DNA from: Squalus acanthias
Lineage: Eukaryota
Reading direction: 5' to 3'
Assembly: GCA_030390025.1 (NCBI GenBank)
Contig: CM059433.1
Coordinates: 12,092,001 to 12,156,000, forward strand
DNA length: 64,000 bases
Positions 11,925-24,944 of this stretch are shown here, piece after piece; the first letter of the stretch is position 1, and the number at the start of each line of letters is the position of its first letter. Below the pieces are notes generated by a model. It was not told the DNA's origin, searched no databases, and saw only the letters and a program-made list of their open reading frames with translations. A program made the position numbers and the translations under genes.

Positions 11925-12812
11925 AAGAAATAAGAGCAGGAGTGGGCCATACAGCCCCTCAAGCCTGCTCCGCCATTCAATAAGATCATGGCTGATCATC
12001 AACCTCAACTCCACTTTCCCGCCCGATCTCCATATCCCTCGATTCCCCTAGAGTCCAAAAATCTATCTATCTCAGCCTTGAATGTACTCAAAGACTCAGC
12101 ATTCGCAGACCTCTGGGGCAGAGAATTCTAAAGATTCACAACCCTCTGAGTGAAGAAATTCCTCCTCATCTCAGTCTTAAATGGCTGACCCCTAATCCTG
12201 AGACTATGCCCCCTAGTTCTAGACACTCCAGCCAGGGGAAATAACCTCTCAGCATCTACCCTGTCAATCCCCTTCAGAATCTTGTATGTTTCAATGAGAT
12301 CACACCTCATTCTTCTGAACTCCAGAGAGTATAGGCCCATTCTACACCATCTCTCATCATAGGACAGCCCTCTCATCCCAGGAATCAATCTAGTTGCATC
12401 GCCTCCAAGGCAAGTATATCCTTCCTTAGATAAGGTGACCAAAACCGTGCACAGTACTCCAGGTGTGGTCTCACCAAGGCCCTGTATAATTGTAGCAAGA
12501 CTTCCTTACTCTTATACTCCAACCCCCTTGCAATAAAGGCCAACATGCCATTTGCCTTCCTTATTGCTTGCTGTACCTGCATGCTAGCTTTCTGTGTTTC
12601 TTGCACGAGGACACCCAAATCTCTCAACACCAACATTTGAAAGTTTCTCACCATTTAAAAAATGTTCTGTTTTTCTATTCTTCCTACCAAAGTGAATAAC
12701 CTCACATTTCCCTACATTATACTCCATCTGCCACATTACTGCCCACTCACTTAGTCTATCTATATCCCTTTGCAGACTGTGTTCTCACAGCTTACTGTCC
12801 CACCTAGCTTTA
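11925..12812 (-). mobile_element. CR1 LINE 3' portion
   Basis: ORFs 12128..12442 and 12385..12654 ([22 protein letters not shown]). Confidence 0.9.
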
Positions 12813-13114
12813 CAAATAGGGTAGGAGAAAATCAAAGAATCAGTTTACACAGGAGCAAGACTGAGGGCAAAGATAAATCTATAACGTGATAGACGTGAGG
12901 TACTGTTACTGATCCTCTAAGAAGCATCAAGACAGTGCAATTCCTCTGATGACACACCTGAACGGACATACCAGTCCATGAAGGGAACAAGTACAATTTG
13001 TCAAATAGCCTTTTCTCAGTAATGTTGTACGTTTCTAACTAGGTTCCATTAGGTTAAGTGTTGTCACTTCAATGACATAGCAGCCTCATGCTGTGTATAG
13101 GTGCCTAATTTAAT

Positions 13115-14860
13115 TTCTTGAGCTGCAGTCCGTGTGGGGAAGGTGCTCCCACAGTGCTGTTAGGTAGGGAGTTCCAGGATTCTGACCCAGCGACGATGAA
13201 GGAATAGCGATATATTTCCAAGTTAGGATGGTGTGTGACTTGGAGGGGAACTTGGGAGGTGATGGTGTTCCCATGCTCCTGCTGCCCTTGTCCTTCTAGG
13301 TGGTAGAGGTTGTGGGTTTGGGAGGTGCTGTTGAAGAAGCCTTGGCGATGGTACACACTGCAGCCACGGTACGCCGGTGGTGGAGGGAGTGAATGTTTAA
13401 GGTAGTGGATGGGGTGCCAATCAAGCGGGCTGCTTTGTCCTGGATGGTGTTGAGCTTCTTGAGTGTTGTTGGAGCTGCACTCATCCAGGCAAGTGGAGAG
13501 TACTCCATCACACTCCTTACTTGTGCTTTGTAGATGGTGGAAAGGCTTTGGGGAGTCAGGAGGTGAGACACTCGCCGCAGAATACCTAGCCTCTGACCTG
13601 CTCTTGTTGCCACAGTATTTGTGTGGCTGGTCCAGTTAAGTTTCTGGTTAATGGTGACCCCCAGGATGTTGATGGTGGGGGGTTCGGTGATGGTAATGCC
13701 ACTGAATGTCAAGGGGCGGTGGGTAGAATCTCTATTGTTGGTGATAGTCATTGCCTGGCACTTGTATGGCATGAATGTTACTTGCCTCTTAACAGCCCAA
13801 GCCTGAATGTCATCCAGGTCATGCTACATGGGGGCATGGACTGCTTCGTTATCCGATGAGTTGCGAATAGAACTGAACACTGCGCAATCATCAGCGAACA
13901 TCCCCACATTTGACCTTATGATGGAGGGAAGGTCATTGATGAAGCAGCTGAAGATGGTTGGGCCTAGGACACTGCCCTGACGAACTCCTGCAGCGATGTC
14001 CTGGGTCTGAGATGATTGGCCTCCAACAACCACAACCATCTTCCTTTGTGCCAGTGGAGAGATTTCCCCCAATTCCCACTGATGTCGTCAATTTTACTAG
14101 GGCTCCTTGATGCCACACTCAGTCAAATGCTGCCCTGATGTCAGGGGAAGTCACTCCCACCTCACCTCTGGAATTCAGCTCTTTTGTCCATGTTAGGACC
14201 AAGGCTGTAATGAGGTCTGGAGCGAAGTGGTCCTGGCGGAAGCCAAACTGAGCATCGATGAGCAGGTTATTGGTGAGTAAGTGCCGCTTGATAGCACTGT
14301 CGATGACACCTTCCATCACTTTGCCGATAATTGCAAGTAGACTGATGGGGCGGTGATTGGCTGGATTGGATTTGTCCTGCCTTTTGTGGACAGCACATAC
14401 CTGGGCAGTTTTCCACATTGTCAGGTAGATGCCAGTGTTGGAGTTGTACTGGAACAGCTTGGCCAGAGGCACGGCTAGTTCTGGAGCATTAGTCTTCAGC
14501 ACGACAGCCGGGATGTTGTTGGGGCCTATAGCCTTTGCTGTATCTAGTGCGCTCAATCGTTCCTTGATATCACGTGGAGTGAATCGAATTGGTTGAAGAC
14601 TGGCTTCTGTGAAGGTGGGCACCTCAGGAGGAGGCCGAGATGGATCATCCAATCGGCACTTCTGGCTGAAGATGGTTGCAAACGCTTCAGCCTTGTCTTT
14701 TGCACTCGCATGCTGGGCTTCTCCATCATTGAGGATGGGGATGTTCATGAAGCCTCCTCCTGTTAGTTGTTTAATTGTCCACCACCATTCACGACTGGAT
14801 GTGGCAGGACTGCAGAGCTTTGACCTGATCCACCGGTTGTGGGATTGCTTAGCTTGATTA
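13115..14860 (-). mobile_element. 'YSPLAWM' family LINE, frameshifted reverse transcriptase region
   Basis: ORFs 14119..14883 (NPANHRPISLL, QFGFR), 13824..14072 (GVRQGSVLGP, FADD) and 13296..13772. Confidence 0.9.
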
Positions 14861-15420
14861 CACTGCTTAAGAAGTGTACTCACCCCCTTTTAGACTTCCT
14901 TCCTGTTTTCTAGTATTCCTACATTATTCATTAATTAAGAAGCAACCTATTTCTCCTCTAGCAATACTCTTGTTGAGAGATAGCCACCATGAAGTGGACA
15001 AGAGCAGCACAGGCTGATATTTCTTCTGATGACTCCCTACTACTTCTCAGAAGAGAAGAGAAGGATCTAATCTCTATCCAATGAAGTCAATGGAAATTAA
15101 ACAAGGTGTGTAACGACCTGCCAACCCAATACTGCCTGTTTTACGCCATCACCGAAGTTGAAAGTTACCCCCAATGCTTCTCCATCAATGGCAAAACTAA
15201 ACTTGATATGCACTGAATGAAGCTGTACCTGACTAGTAATTGATTACATGCTTAAGAACACCAATGTGCTTCACAACTGAACTCTGACCCAGACCCCAGT
15301 GAACAAAACATGATGATTTAGCATTGTAAGCTTTCATAGCACAGGTTTCCCCAAGTGCCAGCAACATCGCAACCACTGACTAATGAAAATGCTGGTTTCC
15401 TAAGCTAACGTCATATAAGA

Positions 15421-16032
15421 GCAAGGAGGTTATGATGGAGCTGGCAGGGAGGTTATGATGGAGCTGTAAAAAACGCTAGTTAGGCCACAGCTGGAATACT
15501 GTGTGCAGTTCTGGTCACCACACTATAGGAAGGATGTGATTGCATTGGAGAGGGTGCAGAGGAGATTCACCAGGATGTTACCTGGGCTGGAGCGCTTCAG
15601 CTATGAAGAGAGACTGGACAGGCTGGGGTTGCTTTCCTTAAAGCAGAGAAGGCTGAGGGGGTCCTGATTGAGGTGTACAAAATTATGAGGGGCATAGATA
15701 GGGTAGATAGAAAGGAACTTTTCCCCTTAGTAGAGGGGTCAATAACCAGGGGGCATAGTTTCAAGATAAGGGGCAGGAGGTTTAGAGGGGATTGGAGGAA
15801 AAACTTTTTCACCCAGAGGGTGGTTGGAATCTGGAACTCACTGCCTGAAAGGGTGGTAGAGGCAGGAACCCTCACAACATTCAAGAAGCATTTAGATGAG
15901 CACTTGAAACGCCATAGCATACAAGGCTACGGACCAAGTGCTGGAAAATGGGATTAGAATAGATCGGGCTTGATGGCCGGTGCAGACGTGATGGGCCGAA
16001 GGGCCTCTTTCTGTGCTGTATAACTCTATAAC
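15421..16032 (+). mobile_element. CR1 LINE 3' portion
   Basis: ORF 15673..15957 (YKIMRGIDRVDRKELFP...WNSLP); 23-bp tandem duplication at its 5' junction (15421-15466). Confidence 0.9.
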
Positions 16033-17230
16033 CTTCTCAAGAGTCATGAAATCAATCAGAAGTTCGGAGGCTGATTTGCAGCATTTCATCATATGAGGCA
16101 GCTAGTCTGCTCTGTATTGGATCCAGATGGGCCAAATCAGTAACCACAGCAGAAGGTCTAACAACTAAGTCTTCTTTGGCCAATAAATGCTCACAAGAAT
16201 AATACTTGTCTCCTTCATTCTAATCTTGTGAATCAGCTATGCTGTGGAGGGAAAAGGGAAAGACGTGTAAAAAATCTCTCGCCTGGGATCAATCCGACAT
16301 TTAAGACCATAACCTCAGAAGTTACAGCAGAATTCCGGCGATCTTCTGTCCTGAAACTTTCACTAGTCAGTCATTTGTTGAAAAGCAGATTGGTTTACTG
16401 TAAGTGAGGGTTCCATTGTGTGGTCGGGCACTGCTTCTACTGTGATTGAACAACAATATCCCATGCCAACTACAAACAAGTAGTACCAGCATGAGGGGTA
16501 AAACACCATGGTTCACACAGCAAATGACTAGCCTGCTCGATACATATTCAGCTTGGAATCTAGACAGGTAGCCTGAATGGGTATTGATGGAAGAAATCTA
16601 TATGCATTAGTAAAAGTCTGTGTTTGGTTCTTATTGGAATAAAAGTTGCTTTTAGTTTGCTGAGGTTGACTGGGTGAACAGGTTTCAGTATCAATCTGTT
16701 GACAATTTAATTATTACAGATCAAAGACCAAGCTCATTTGGTGAGGTGGTGATTTGCGATTGACAGCTATTTTTCAGGCTTGTAAGAAGGGAAAAGATCA
16801 ATGATAGGCTCGAGGCATTTTTGACAGGCAAATTTGTGGCCAAGGGTTTCCAATTACAGATTTATATTGGGCAACCTGCGCACAGCTCATTGGTCTACAG
16901 CCTAGTTTGACTCCATGGCACAGGCTTGGCATGTATGAAGTGCATATCTGTTTTCAAGGTTTAATGCATGTTGATGGAAAGAACAGGGAGAAGGGCCTTT
17001 ACTGTTTTTATATGCATTGTGAAGAATAGGTGAGGTTTGTAACCTATGTAAATACATTAGCGAAGAATTTCCAGGAGACTTCCGCTACTGGAGTGGCGCA
17101 TCTATGGTGCTGGGTTTATTTTAAGAACATAAGAAATACGAGCAGGAGTAGGCCAAACAGCCCCTTCAGCTTGCTCCGCCATTCAATAAGATCATTGCTG
17201 ATCTTCGACCTCAACTACACTTTGCCGCCT

Positions 17231-18386
17231 AATTTGACAACATCCACTATAAGCCCACTGACTCCCATAGCTACCTGGACTACACTTCCTCCCACCCGCT
17301 TCCTGTAAGGACTCTATTCCATTCTCCCAGTTTCTCCGTCTCCGCCGCATCTGCTCCGACGATGCCACCTTCCATACTGGTGCTACCGATAGGTCTTCCT
17401 TTTTCCGCAACCGAGGATTCCCCTTGTGGTTGACATGGCCCTCAACCATGTCCATTCCATTTCTCGCACTTCTGCTCTCACCCCTACCCCTCCCTCCCAG
17501 AACTACGATAGGGTTCGCCTTGTCCTCACCTTTCACCTCACCACCCTTTACATTCAATAGATCATCCTCCGCCATTTCCGCCACCTCCAGCGTGATCCCA
17601 GCACCAAACACATCTTCCCCTCCCCTTTCAGCATTCCGATGGGGCTGCTCCCTCCGCAACACCCTGGTCCACTCCTCAATCATCCCCAACAGCCGCGCCC
17701 CTCCCCACGGCACCTTCCCATGCAAGCGCAGGAGATGCAACACCTGCCCTTTTACCTCCTGCTTTCCCACTGTCCAGGGCCCAACACTCCTTGCAGGTGG
17801 AGCAGCGATTTACTTGTACTTCTTGCAATTTAGTATACTGTATTCGCTGCACACGATGCAGTCTCCTCTATATTGGAGAGACTAAACACTTTGCGGAACA
17901 ACTCCGTTCAGTCCGTAAGGGTGACCCCGAGCTTCTGGTCGCTTGTCACTTTAATTCCCTCTCCACTCCCACTCTGACCTCTCCGTTCTCGGCCTCTTAC
18001 ATTGTTCCAACAAAACTCAACTTAAGCTCGAGGAACAGCACCTCATCTTTCGATACGGCACTTTACAGCCTTCTGGACTCAACATCGAGTTCAACAATTT
18101 CAGACCATAACCTCTGCCCTTATTTTTTCAGGCGGCAGCTGTTGATCATTCTGCCATCCCCATTTGCAACATTTAACCACTCCTGCTTTCCACCCTATCA
18201 CAGACCATCCCTTTTGTTCTTTCCTCCCCTCCCCCCCTTTCCCTGCCTCTGCACCTGGTTAAAATCTGTTACGTCTCTAACTTTTTCCAGTTCTGACGAA
18301 GGGTCCCAGACCTGAAACGTTAACTCTGTTTCTCTCTCCACGGATGCTGCCTGGCCTGCTGAGTGCTTCCAGCATTTTCTGTTTTT
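17231..18386 (+). mobile_element. Penelope-like element (PLE), 5' truncated: RT thumb, GIY-YIG endonuclease and terminal repeat
   Basis: Frameshifted GTFPCKRRRCNTCPFT linker, then FTCTSCNLVYCIRCTRCSLLYIGETK (GIY-YIG-type VY..YIG); terminal CTGACGAAGGGTC..GACCTGAAACGTT. Confidence 0.88.
18289..18325 (+). ncRNA. Minimal hammerhead ribozyme motif in the PLE terminal repeat
   Basis: AGUU-CUGACGA-A-GGGUC(cca)GACCU-GAAA-CGU-U-AACU: core, stem II, ACGU palindrome and AGUU/AACU stem I. Confidence 0.65.
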
Positions 18387-19779
18387 GCCCCGTATCCCTT
18401 TATTCCCTGAGAGACCAAAAATCTATCGATCTCAGCCTTGAATATACTCACGACTGAGCCTCCACAGACCTCTGGGGTAGAGAATTCCAAAGATTCACCA
18501 CCCTTTGAGTGAAGAAATTTCTCCTTAGAAGCTTACACCACAGACGTTCCAGGAAATTATGTTGCAGAAGGAACCGGAAAAACTAAGCGGGGCATGTGCT
18601 GCTCAACTTCCGACCAATTATGGGGAGGAGATCTTAGACAGGCATTAACCCCCCCCCCCTCATTAGCATATGCAAGAAGTCTAACGCTTATTTAAAGCAG
18701 CCACCAGAGATACCTGAATATTGCCCGAGCCAATGTGACATCGGGCATATTTCAGACACCCTGGGACGTGGGACAAAGCCCCGTTTCACACCGAAGCAAT
18801 GGGGAAAAAACCAAGGAAAAATTTCACTCCCAGTTTGCTTAATCTGAAATGCGTAACTTATGGCATAAGTTGCAGATTGCGCCTTTCGAGGAAATTCTGG
18901 GCCATTGTACTGAATATTGCTCAAATTGTTCAGTTACCTGTTCTTTGTTAAATAAATTGTCTGCAGCTTTATAGCCTGAGCCTCGGTCTGACAATGTATA
19001 TTCAATCCATCTATCAAAGAGAGGGGAGTCACGTGATGATACATGGTACATTTCGATAAGCTGGCCTACAGTGGTACGGGCTCTCCATTCAACCCCTGGT
19101 CTCAATGCCATTTACTTGGACACTGGGCAAATAAAGACACACTCTGGATTGAAAGGGCATGAGATCCATTTAGGGCGTGGTTAGTGATGCTGAACCAGAG
19201 TATCTAGCATTACATAACAATAGGTCTCGGCCAGTAAAAAGGTTTAGACACTTCCATAAGAATTTAAAAAATTATCTAAAATCTTCTGTAGGACACATAC
19301 TTCCTGCCAGAAAACCTCAATTCCTTTCATCACAACTTGTTACCTTTTTCTTTATAAACCCTTGTGTTAACATTTCCCATTTAAGTTTCCTTTGTCAAGT
19401 TGAGCTCTTGTGTTGGCAGGCTTTGTTCACTAGGTGGCTCTGTGCAGTAAATTTCTGAAGTTTCTCTCTCGCATCCATTGCCACTTTGGTTTGTGTAGTT
19501 AAGTTTTAAAGTTCAATTTCTTTTCATTTATTTTTTAATTTAACTTTTAATTTCTTTCTTTTAACTTTCCTACTATGTGTCATCTCTTGCCTCCCCTCTC
19601 CAGGGGACTCAGTTTTTGGCCACTTAGGCCCCAGTGCCTGGCGCAGCCTGTCCGTGCTCCCTGCTTTGGCCTTTTGGTCTGCCTCAGACACCAGAGTCCC
19701 ATTCCTGACCTATCTAAAAGATTGGAGTTGTGTTCCTGGCATCATTCTTCTGCCAGGGACCCAAATCTCCCCGTCAGCC

Positions 19780-20420
19780 CTGTTCTTCATCGTGGACCGG
19801 GCCCTGAAAGAGAGACAAGGGTGGACATTGCTAGAGAGAGAGAGATAGGGCCAGGTGGGAAGAAAGGGACAAAGATTGGGGGGGGGGGGGAGGGAAGGAG
19901 AAAGATGACCCCCGAGTGTTTGAGATGGGGCAGCACATTACTCGAGATGAGAGAAGAGGGAGGAGTACAGGGGCACAGAAATGGGGGCAAAAGAGAAGAG
20001 AAACGGAGAAGACGACAATCTGGGAAAGAAATGAGGGAAGGGACTAACATCAGGGGTAGAAGGAGATACCGTTGTTTGGCTCACATTTTCAGAGACCAAG
20101 CGAAGGGTAGGCAACAGATAGACCAGGAGGGAAAAAATGGACACAGATCAGGGGAAATAGAAGAAAGATAGTGGGAACAGATTGTGGGAGGAAGAAATTA
20201 CTATATAGATAGCGAGACTGGGGAAAAGACATTACCAGAGAGATGGAATACAAACAGAACAAAAGACACTAGTGGGAGACAGAGATGGTCCCATAATATA
20301 AGAATATCAAACCAAGACCTCTGCCTCCTATTTTCCAGCTCTGGCCTGCCCCCCACCCCCTCCTTTCCTGTTCATCGCGCTCTTCCCCTTCACCCTCTGC
20401 TTCAAATATATGTTTAAAAA
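19780..20420. repeat. Purine-rich then pyrimidine-rich low-complexity sequence
   Basis: GA-rich 19800-20290 followed by CT-rich sequence; generates low-complexity ORFs. Confidence 0.6.
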
Positions 20421-21244
20421 CTGCAGCCCCTTTCACCCTCCGGCCAAGCTCTCCTGCAAAGAACGGAACAAAAAATTCACTTAAGCAGCCCCACTGCTAT
20501 GCTATCCAACACGGCTCTCTAACCCTGCTCAAAAATCTTAGTCTACTGGCCCCACGTTGGCATCCAAAAATCGCTCACCTCACATCTCTACCACAGACCC
20601 CAACTGCATCGTTTATGCCTCCGCGTTCCTCCATTCTCCTACTACCCTCCTCACTTTCACTCCTCTCGGCTCTGCCCACAAGCCAAGATCAACACAAATT
20701 TGTAGGTTAACAACAGCACAGATGGAGTCGTAAAATTGACATGCTTCTGTATTAATTTATTGATTTGCAGCTGCCTGCTGCTCCACGAATTTAATCATTC
20801 AATGGTGGCAAGCGCTCTATTAGTTTAATTAATTCATTCATGTTACTTTGGCAGAAATGCCCATCAGTAACCTTTCATTGTCAGCGAGTTGTCATGCATT
20901 TTGTTTGTACTTTGTGTACATTTGGTTTTCTTTCTGCGATTACAGTTTCAAACAAAACAAATACAGTTAAAATGTAACTTCTCCATTTTATTCCATTGAT
21001 ATTTTAACCTTCATGTTATTTTACTGCCAGCTTTTCCCAACTGTTTTAGGGTTTATGGTCATTAAATTGTTTGGGAACATTGATATAAAGCTTTTCCAGA
21101 AGGTACAGCTTCTGACTCCCTATGTGCAACGTCAAAGGAGATTGACTAGCGTATTATAAAATTCACTAAATTAGTGCCTTAATGTTCAAGGTTAAAGGAT
21201 AAGACATAAGATAGTTTCCCTGTGACCTCTCCCATTGCTCATAC

Positions 21245-21343
21245 CTGCAAAAGTAGCCTTCCTATGCCACTTAGAAGCTGAGGCTCTTGTTCTGGTTGGT
21301 ATTGGATGACTGAGTGATACATGTCAACTGCAAGTACGTAGTC
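21245..21343 (-). CDS. TRAPPC12: TRAPPC12 coding exon, 99 bp: [33 protein letters not shown]
   Basis: cttcctcag|GACTAC...TTGCAG|gtatga; inside ORF 21239..21454(-); phase 0/0. Confidence 0.96.
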
Positions 21344-21691
21344 CTGAGGAAGAGGGGAAAAAAACCCACAGTAAACAGCTTGCTCAGTTCTGCATCGTAA
21401 ATCCAATATACCAACCTTAACCCTTTGATGGCTGCAATGCCATTTTGGAAACAAAAATTGGGGTCTGTTTCAGTTTGCTCAAAGAATGGCATGAATTGAG
21501 GAATATTATACAGATTTGTACAATTTGCTGAATTTACTTACAATAAATCATTCACAGTACAAATATTAAAACAATGTTTCCCAAACCTATTATTTTTAAT
21601 GAATGTACTTATTTAGCTGTCGTCAGAAATGTCATGTTAAAAGGTATCAAGATGCTAATTCACAATGAATTAAAAATGATCTTAACCTTGT

Positions 21692-22009
21692 GGGCAGCAC
21701 GGTGGCATAGTGGTTAGCACTATTGCCTCACAGCGCCAGGGACCCGGGTTCGAATCCGGCCTCGGGTGACTGTGTGGAGTTTGCACATTCTCCCCGTGTC
21801 TGCGTGGGTTTCCTCCGGGTGCTCCGGTTTCCTCCCACAGTCCAAAGATGTGCGGGTTAGGTTGATTTGACTATGATAAATTGACCCTTAGTGTTACGGG
21901 GATTAAATACGTGGGGTTACGGGGATAGGGTGGGATGTGTGTCGGTGCAGGCTCGATGGGCCGAAATGGCCTCTATCTGCACTGTGGGGATTCTGTGATT
22001 CTTCTGTGA
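21692..22009 (+). mobile_element. Full-length HE1/V-SINE-like SINE
   Basis: A box GGTGGCATAGTGG (21701-21713), B box GGTTCGAATCC (21747-21757), V-domain-like core and CR1-derived tail GATGGGCCGAAATGGCCTC...GATTCTGTGA. Confidence 0.9.
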
Positions 22010-22149
22010 AAACATTCTATGTCATAAAACATTGGGGAGTATTGTCAAATCTAATTTGCCAGTCAGAAAGTAATATACTCAAGCTTACACAAATAACTGA
22101 AAAATAGCAGAAACAAACTCATCAATGGCATAATGCACCCAGTACCAAA

Positions 22150-22480
22150 GCCATGCAGACCAGAAAATTTCCAGGGTTCAATCTCCAATCTATACTGAAC
22201 TACCCAAACTCAGTCCGATAGCAGCAGGTGTATGACAATTGTTAGGGAGGGGAAAAGTAGCATCAGCCAGGGTTCCCCTTCCACAATGGCATCCTGGTAG
22301 CATGTTGGACATGATTGGGCTTGCATGTAATGCCCTACATGTCTGAATAGGCTGCAGACACTCAATATCTAGGTTAATGCGAGACAAATGGCCATTTGGG
22401 CACAGTACTAGAGGGTGGCCACAGAATCATGCCTGGCAGGAGTGAGCACCCTCAGGAACAAAGGGGAGAAAAGGAAAGGC
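22150..22480 (+). mobile_element. Old SINE-like interspersed repeat
   Basis: Diverged similarity to 31310-31660(+), 33810-34400(-, two tandem pieces), 37540-37700(-) and 56270-56520(-), including a degenerate B-box-like segment followed by (C)TGTG.T.A.TTAGCTGA.CTC-like sequence. Confidence 0.45.
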
Positions 22481-22869
22481 AATTAGAAAAATGAGGGGCA
22501 GAAACAGAACTGAAACACAAATATCTGAAGAAGAAATCAAAACAGCACAAGATCGAAAAGTACTAAGAGAAAATACATAAAATGAAAATACCCAGTTTTT
22601 AGTACAAATCAACCTAAATAGAAACAGAAGACAATGAGTTCTGAAACTCAGCTGGAGGGTGGTTTTGGGCTATTCTTGTTACTGGCTTCTCTGCTACTGC
22701 TTTGTGCACTAAAGTTGCTAGGTTCCCTTAAACGCGGCAGGTCCACCAACATATGAAATGCCAAGTGTCAGTGTTGCTTCCTCATTTGCAGATTCCACCA
22801 ACAAAATGCAACACAGATTTCTCCACATTTCTATGCTCTTTCCGAGATTCCCATGGTTCTTTGTTTCAG

Positions 22870-23586
22870 CGGCCCGGATTTTCCGGGGCCTATGATTGCA
22901 TACGCGATTGCGCATGCGCGAAAACCCGGAACTTGTGATCTGTCAAGTTTCAGCTTGACAGATCGTACGAATGCGCAGGAAATGGACATTCGCTAGCGCA
23001 GGTTTGCCCAACCACTGCCCAGCAAATGCCCACAAAACTCTTACGCCTGGTAAAAGCAGGCGCAAGGCCTTCTTTTACTAGCATAAGGGTTTAAATAAAT
23101 ATTAAAATAATTTTTTTTTTTTTAAATGATTTAAACATTCAAAAACCTTTAAAATTAGTTTAGGTTATTTCTGGCCCCCCTTTAAAAATGTTTAAATTTA
23201 TTTTACAAAAAATTAAATTTTTGTTTTAAATATTTAATTAAATTGTATTTTAATTAATTTTGAACATGAGATGATTTATTTTTTATTTAAGTGGGGTGAA
23301 AGTGTGTTTTTTTTTTAGGGGATTCCTATTCATGCTTATGGAGATTCCGTATGTAAATGGAATCCCTATAAGCATAATGGGAATCCCCCTTTGCCATTGG
23401 TTGGGCCGGCCCACATGATCCCAGGGGTGCTTGCGAACCGCCTGCTCCCCTGGGATACATGGGCCTTTATGCAGGCGTACGCCCGCAGGCCCAGGACCGC
23501 AAGAGTCCGAAGGTACGGAGGCACCAGGTGGGTGCGTACTTTTCTTGCGATTCAGAGGCATTCCTCCGACCGCAATTTTCAGCCCA
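22870..23586 (-). mobile_element. MITE family A copy (GC-rich ends, AT-rich core, internal palindromes)
   Basis: TIRs GGCCCGGATTTTCCGG / CCGCAATTTTCAGCCC; reverse-complement homologue of 24945-25824, 43416-44040 and 56647-57335. Confidence 0.8.
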
Positions 23587-23659
23587 ATATATTTCTCTCA
23601 TGTGGGACCCGGTCAAAGATTTCCTGAAAGTAGCAATCAACTACACATAAGGAGTTCCA

Positions 23660-24780
23660 CTAACCACTTCATTTTTAACATCTTCAACGAAGTCAATGAG
23701 GTTTGTCAAGCAGGACCTTCCTCTTCTAAATCTATGCTGGCTGCTTCTTAACGATCTACTGTCATACAAGTACTCCTCAAGTCTACTCCTTGCAATGAGT
23801 TTATTATTTTACCCACCAATGGGGATGTCGTGGCCCATTTGTCCCCTTTTTAAATATCGGCATAATGTTTGTTTGTCTGTCTCCAATCCTGCAGATCCTC
23901 TCCAATGATTCTTTCATGACTCTAGCTAGTATCGCAAAATGTTTGTTCCTAGCCTGCTTCAGAATCCTAAGATAAGTGTCATCTAGCCCAGGGAATTCTT
24001 TACTCTTCAGTCTCGAACATATCAAGTACCAACTCGACACAGATCCCTAAATCCTACAGGATATTGGTTGTACTATGATAATTGGACAGTAAATTAGTAT
24101 TTTCTCCCCAATGAAAACTTCAAGAAAACATTAAATAATTCTATTTCCCCTTCATCTTTAATTACTTTACCACTTTTACCCATTAATTCCAGGCCACTCT
24201 TACTATTATGATACTGAGAATATGTTTTATTATTGTTATGCTGAATTTGTACAAGACTTTGGCTAGGCCACAGTTGGATTCTGTGCGCAGCCTAAGCAAA
24301 TTATAAGGACATTAGACTCAAGGAAACAGTACAGTAAAGAATCACTGGAATGAAAGTTTACGAAGAAAACCGTGAAAAATTGGGGCTCTGTGCACTGGAG
24401 AGAGAAAATTGAGGAATCTAATAGTAGTTTCCATTAAAACCCTTAATAATGGAAAATACTCAAGCGTGTGGTGCAAGATCGTTTCCACTGGCTGTGATAA
24501 ACTTGGTATGATCACTAGAAGAATGAAGTTAAAAGTTTTTATGTACACAGGTTATTAGAACATGGAATGATTACTGCAAGTGATTATTGTGGCAGAGACT
24601 ATAACATCATTTCAAAAGGGAATTGGTTTAATTATTTGAAAAGGAAAGATATAAAAAGGATAAGGAGAAAGGACAGGGAAATGAGATTACAGTATACATC
24701 TCCAGTTGAAGACCTAGTACCGGCGCAGGCACGATGGGTCAAATTTCCTCCTTCTGTGCTGCAAATTCTATGATTATGAT
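23660..24780. mobile_element. Two heavily decayed CR1 fragments (about 23660-24120 minus; about 24225-24780 plus)
   Basis: ORF 23804..24040 resembles PG.D..Y.RILK...N..PIFKKG; the plus-strand piece has TGTACAAGACTTTGGCTAGGCCACAGTTGGA and a CR1-like tail at about 24730-24780. Confidence 0.6.
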
Positions 24781-24944
24781 CCTTTGTCCATCTCTAGTGT
24801 CCTCTTTGCACTCAATATCCATTTCCGCCTATATATTCCACCTCCTATTTCCTTGTCGGATGTATAATGCTATTTTCTTTCTTATTTCCATTTTAATTGC
24901 CTATTCAGCCATGTTGGGGACTACTTGCCCAGCTTACACTTAAT

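Larger units (their letters stand above)
17142..18527 (-). mobile_element. CR1 3' end split by a Penelope-like insertion (pieces about 17142-17230 and 18387-18527)
   Basis: The two pieces join into the tail seen intact at 9143-9400 and 11925-12170. Confidence 0.8.

Noticed and set aside
17192..17770. 192-aa minus-strand ORF and similar ORFs at 59083-59977
   Set aside because: Antisense shadows of C-rich Penelope coding sequence.
19575..20171. 198-aa ORF
   Set aside because: Low-complexity product of GA-rich sequence; no domain and no splice support.
21692..21765. tRNA gene
   Set aside because: The A and B boxes continue into a SINE body and LINE-derived tail, so this is a SINE head. The same applies at 26111 and 57640.
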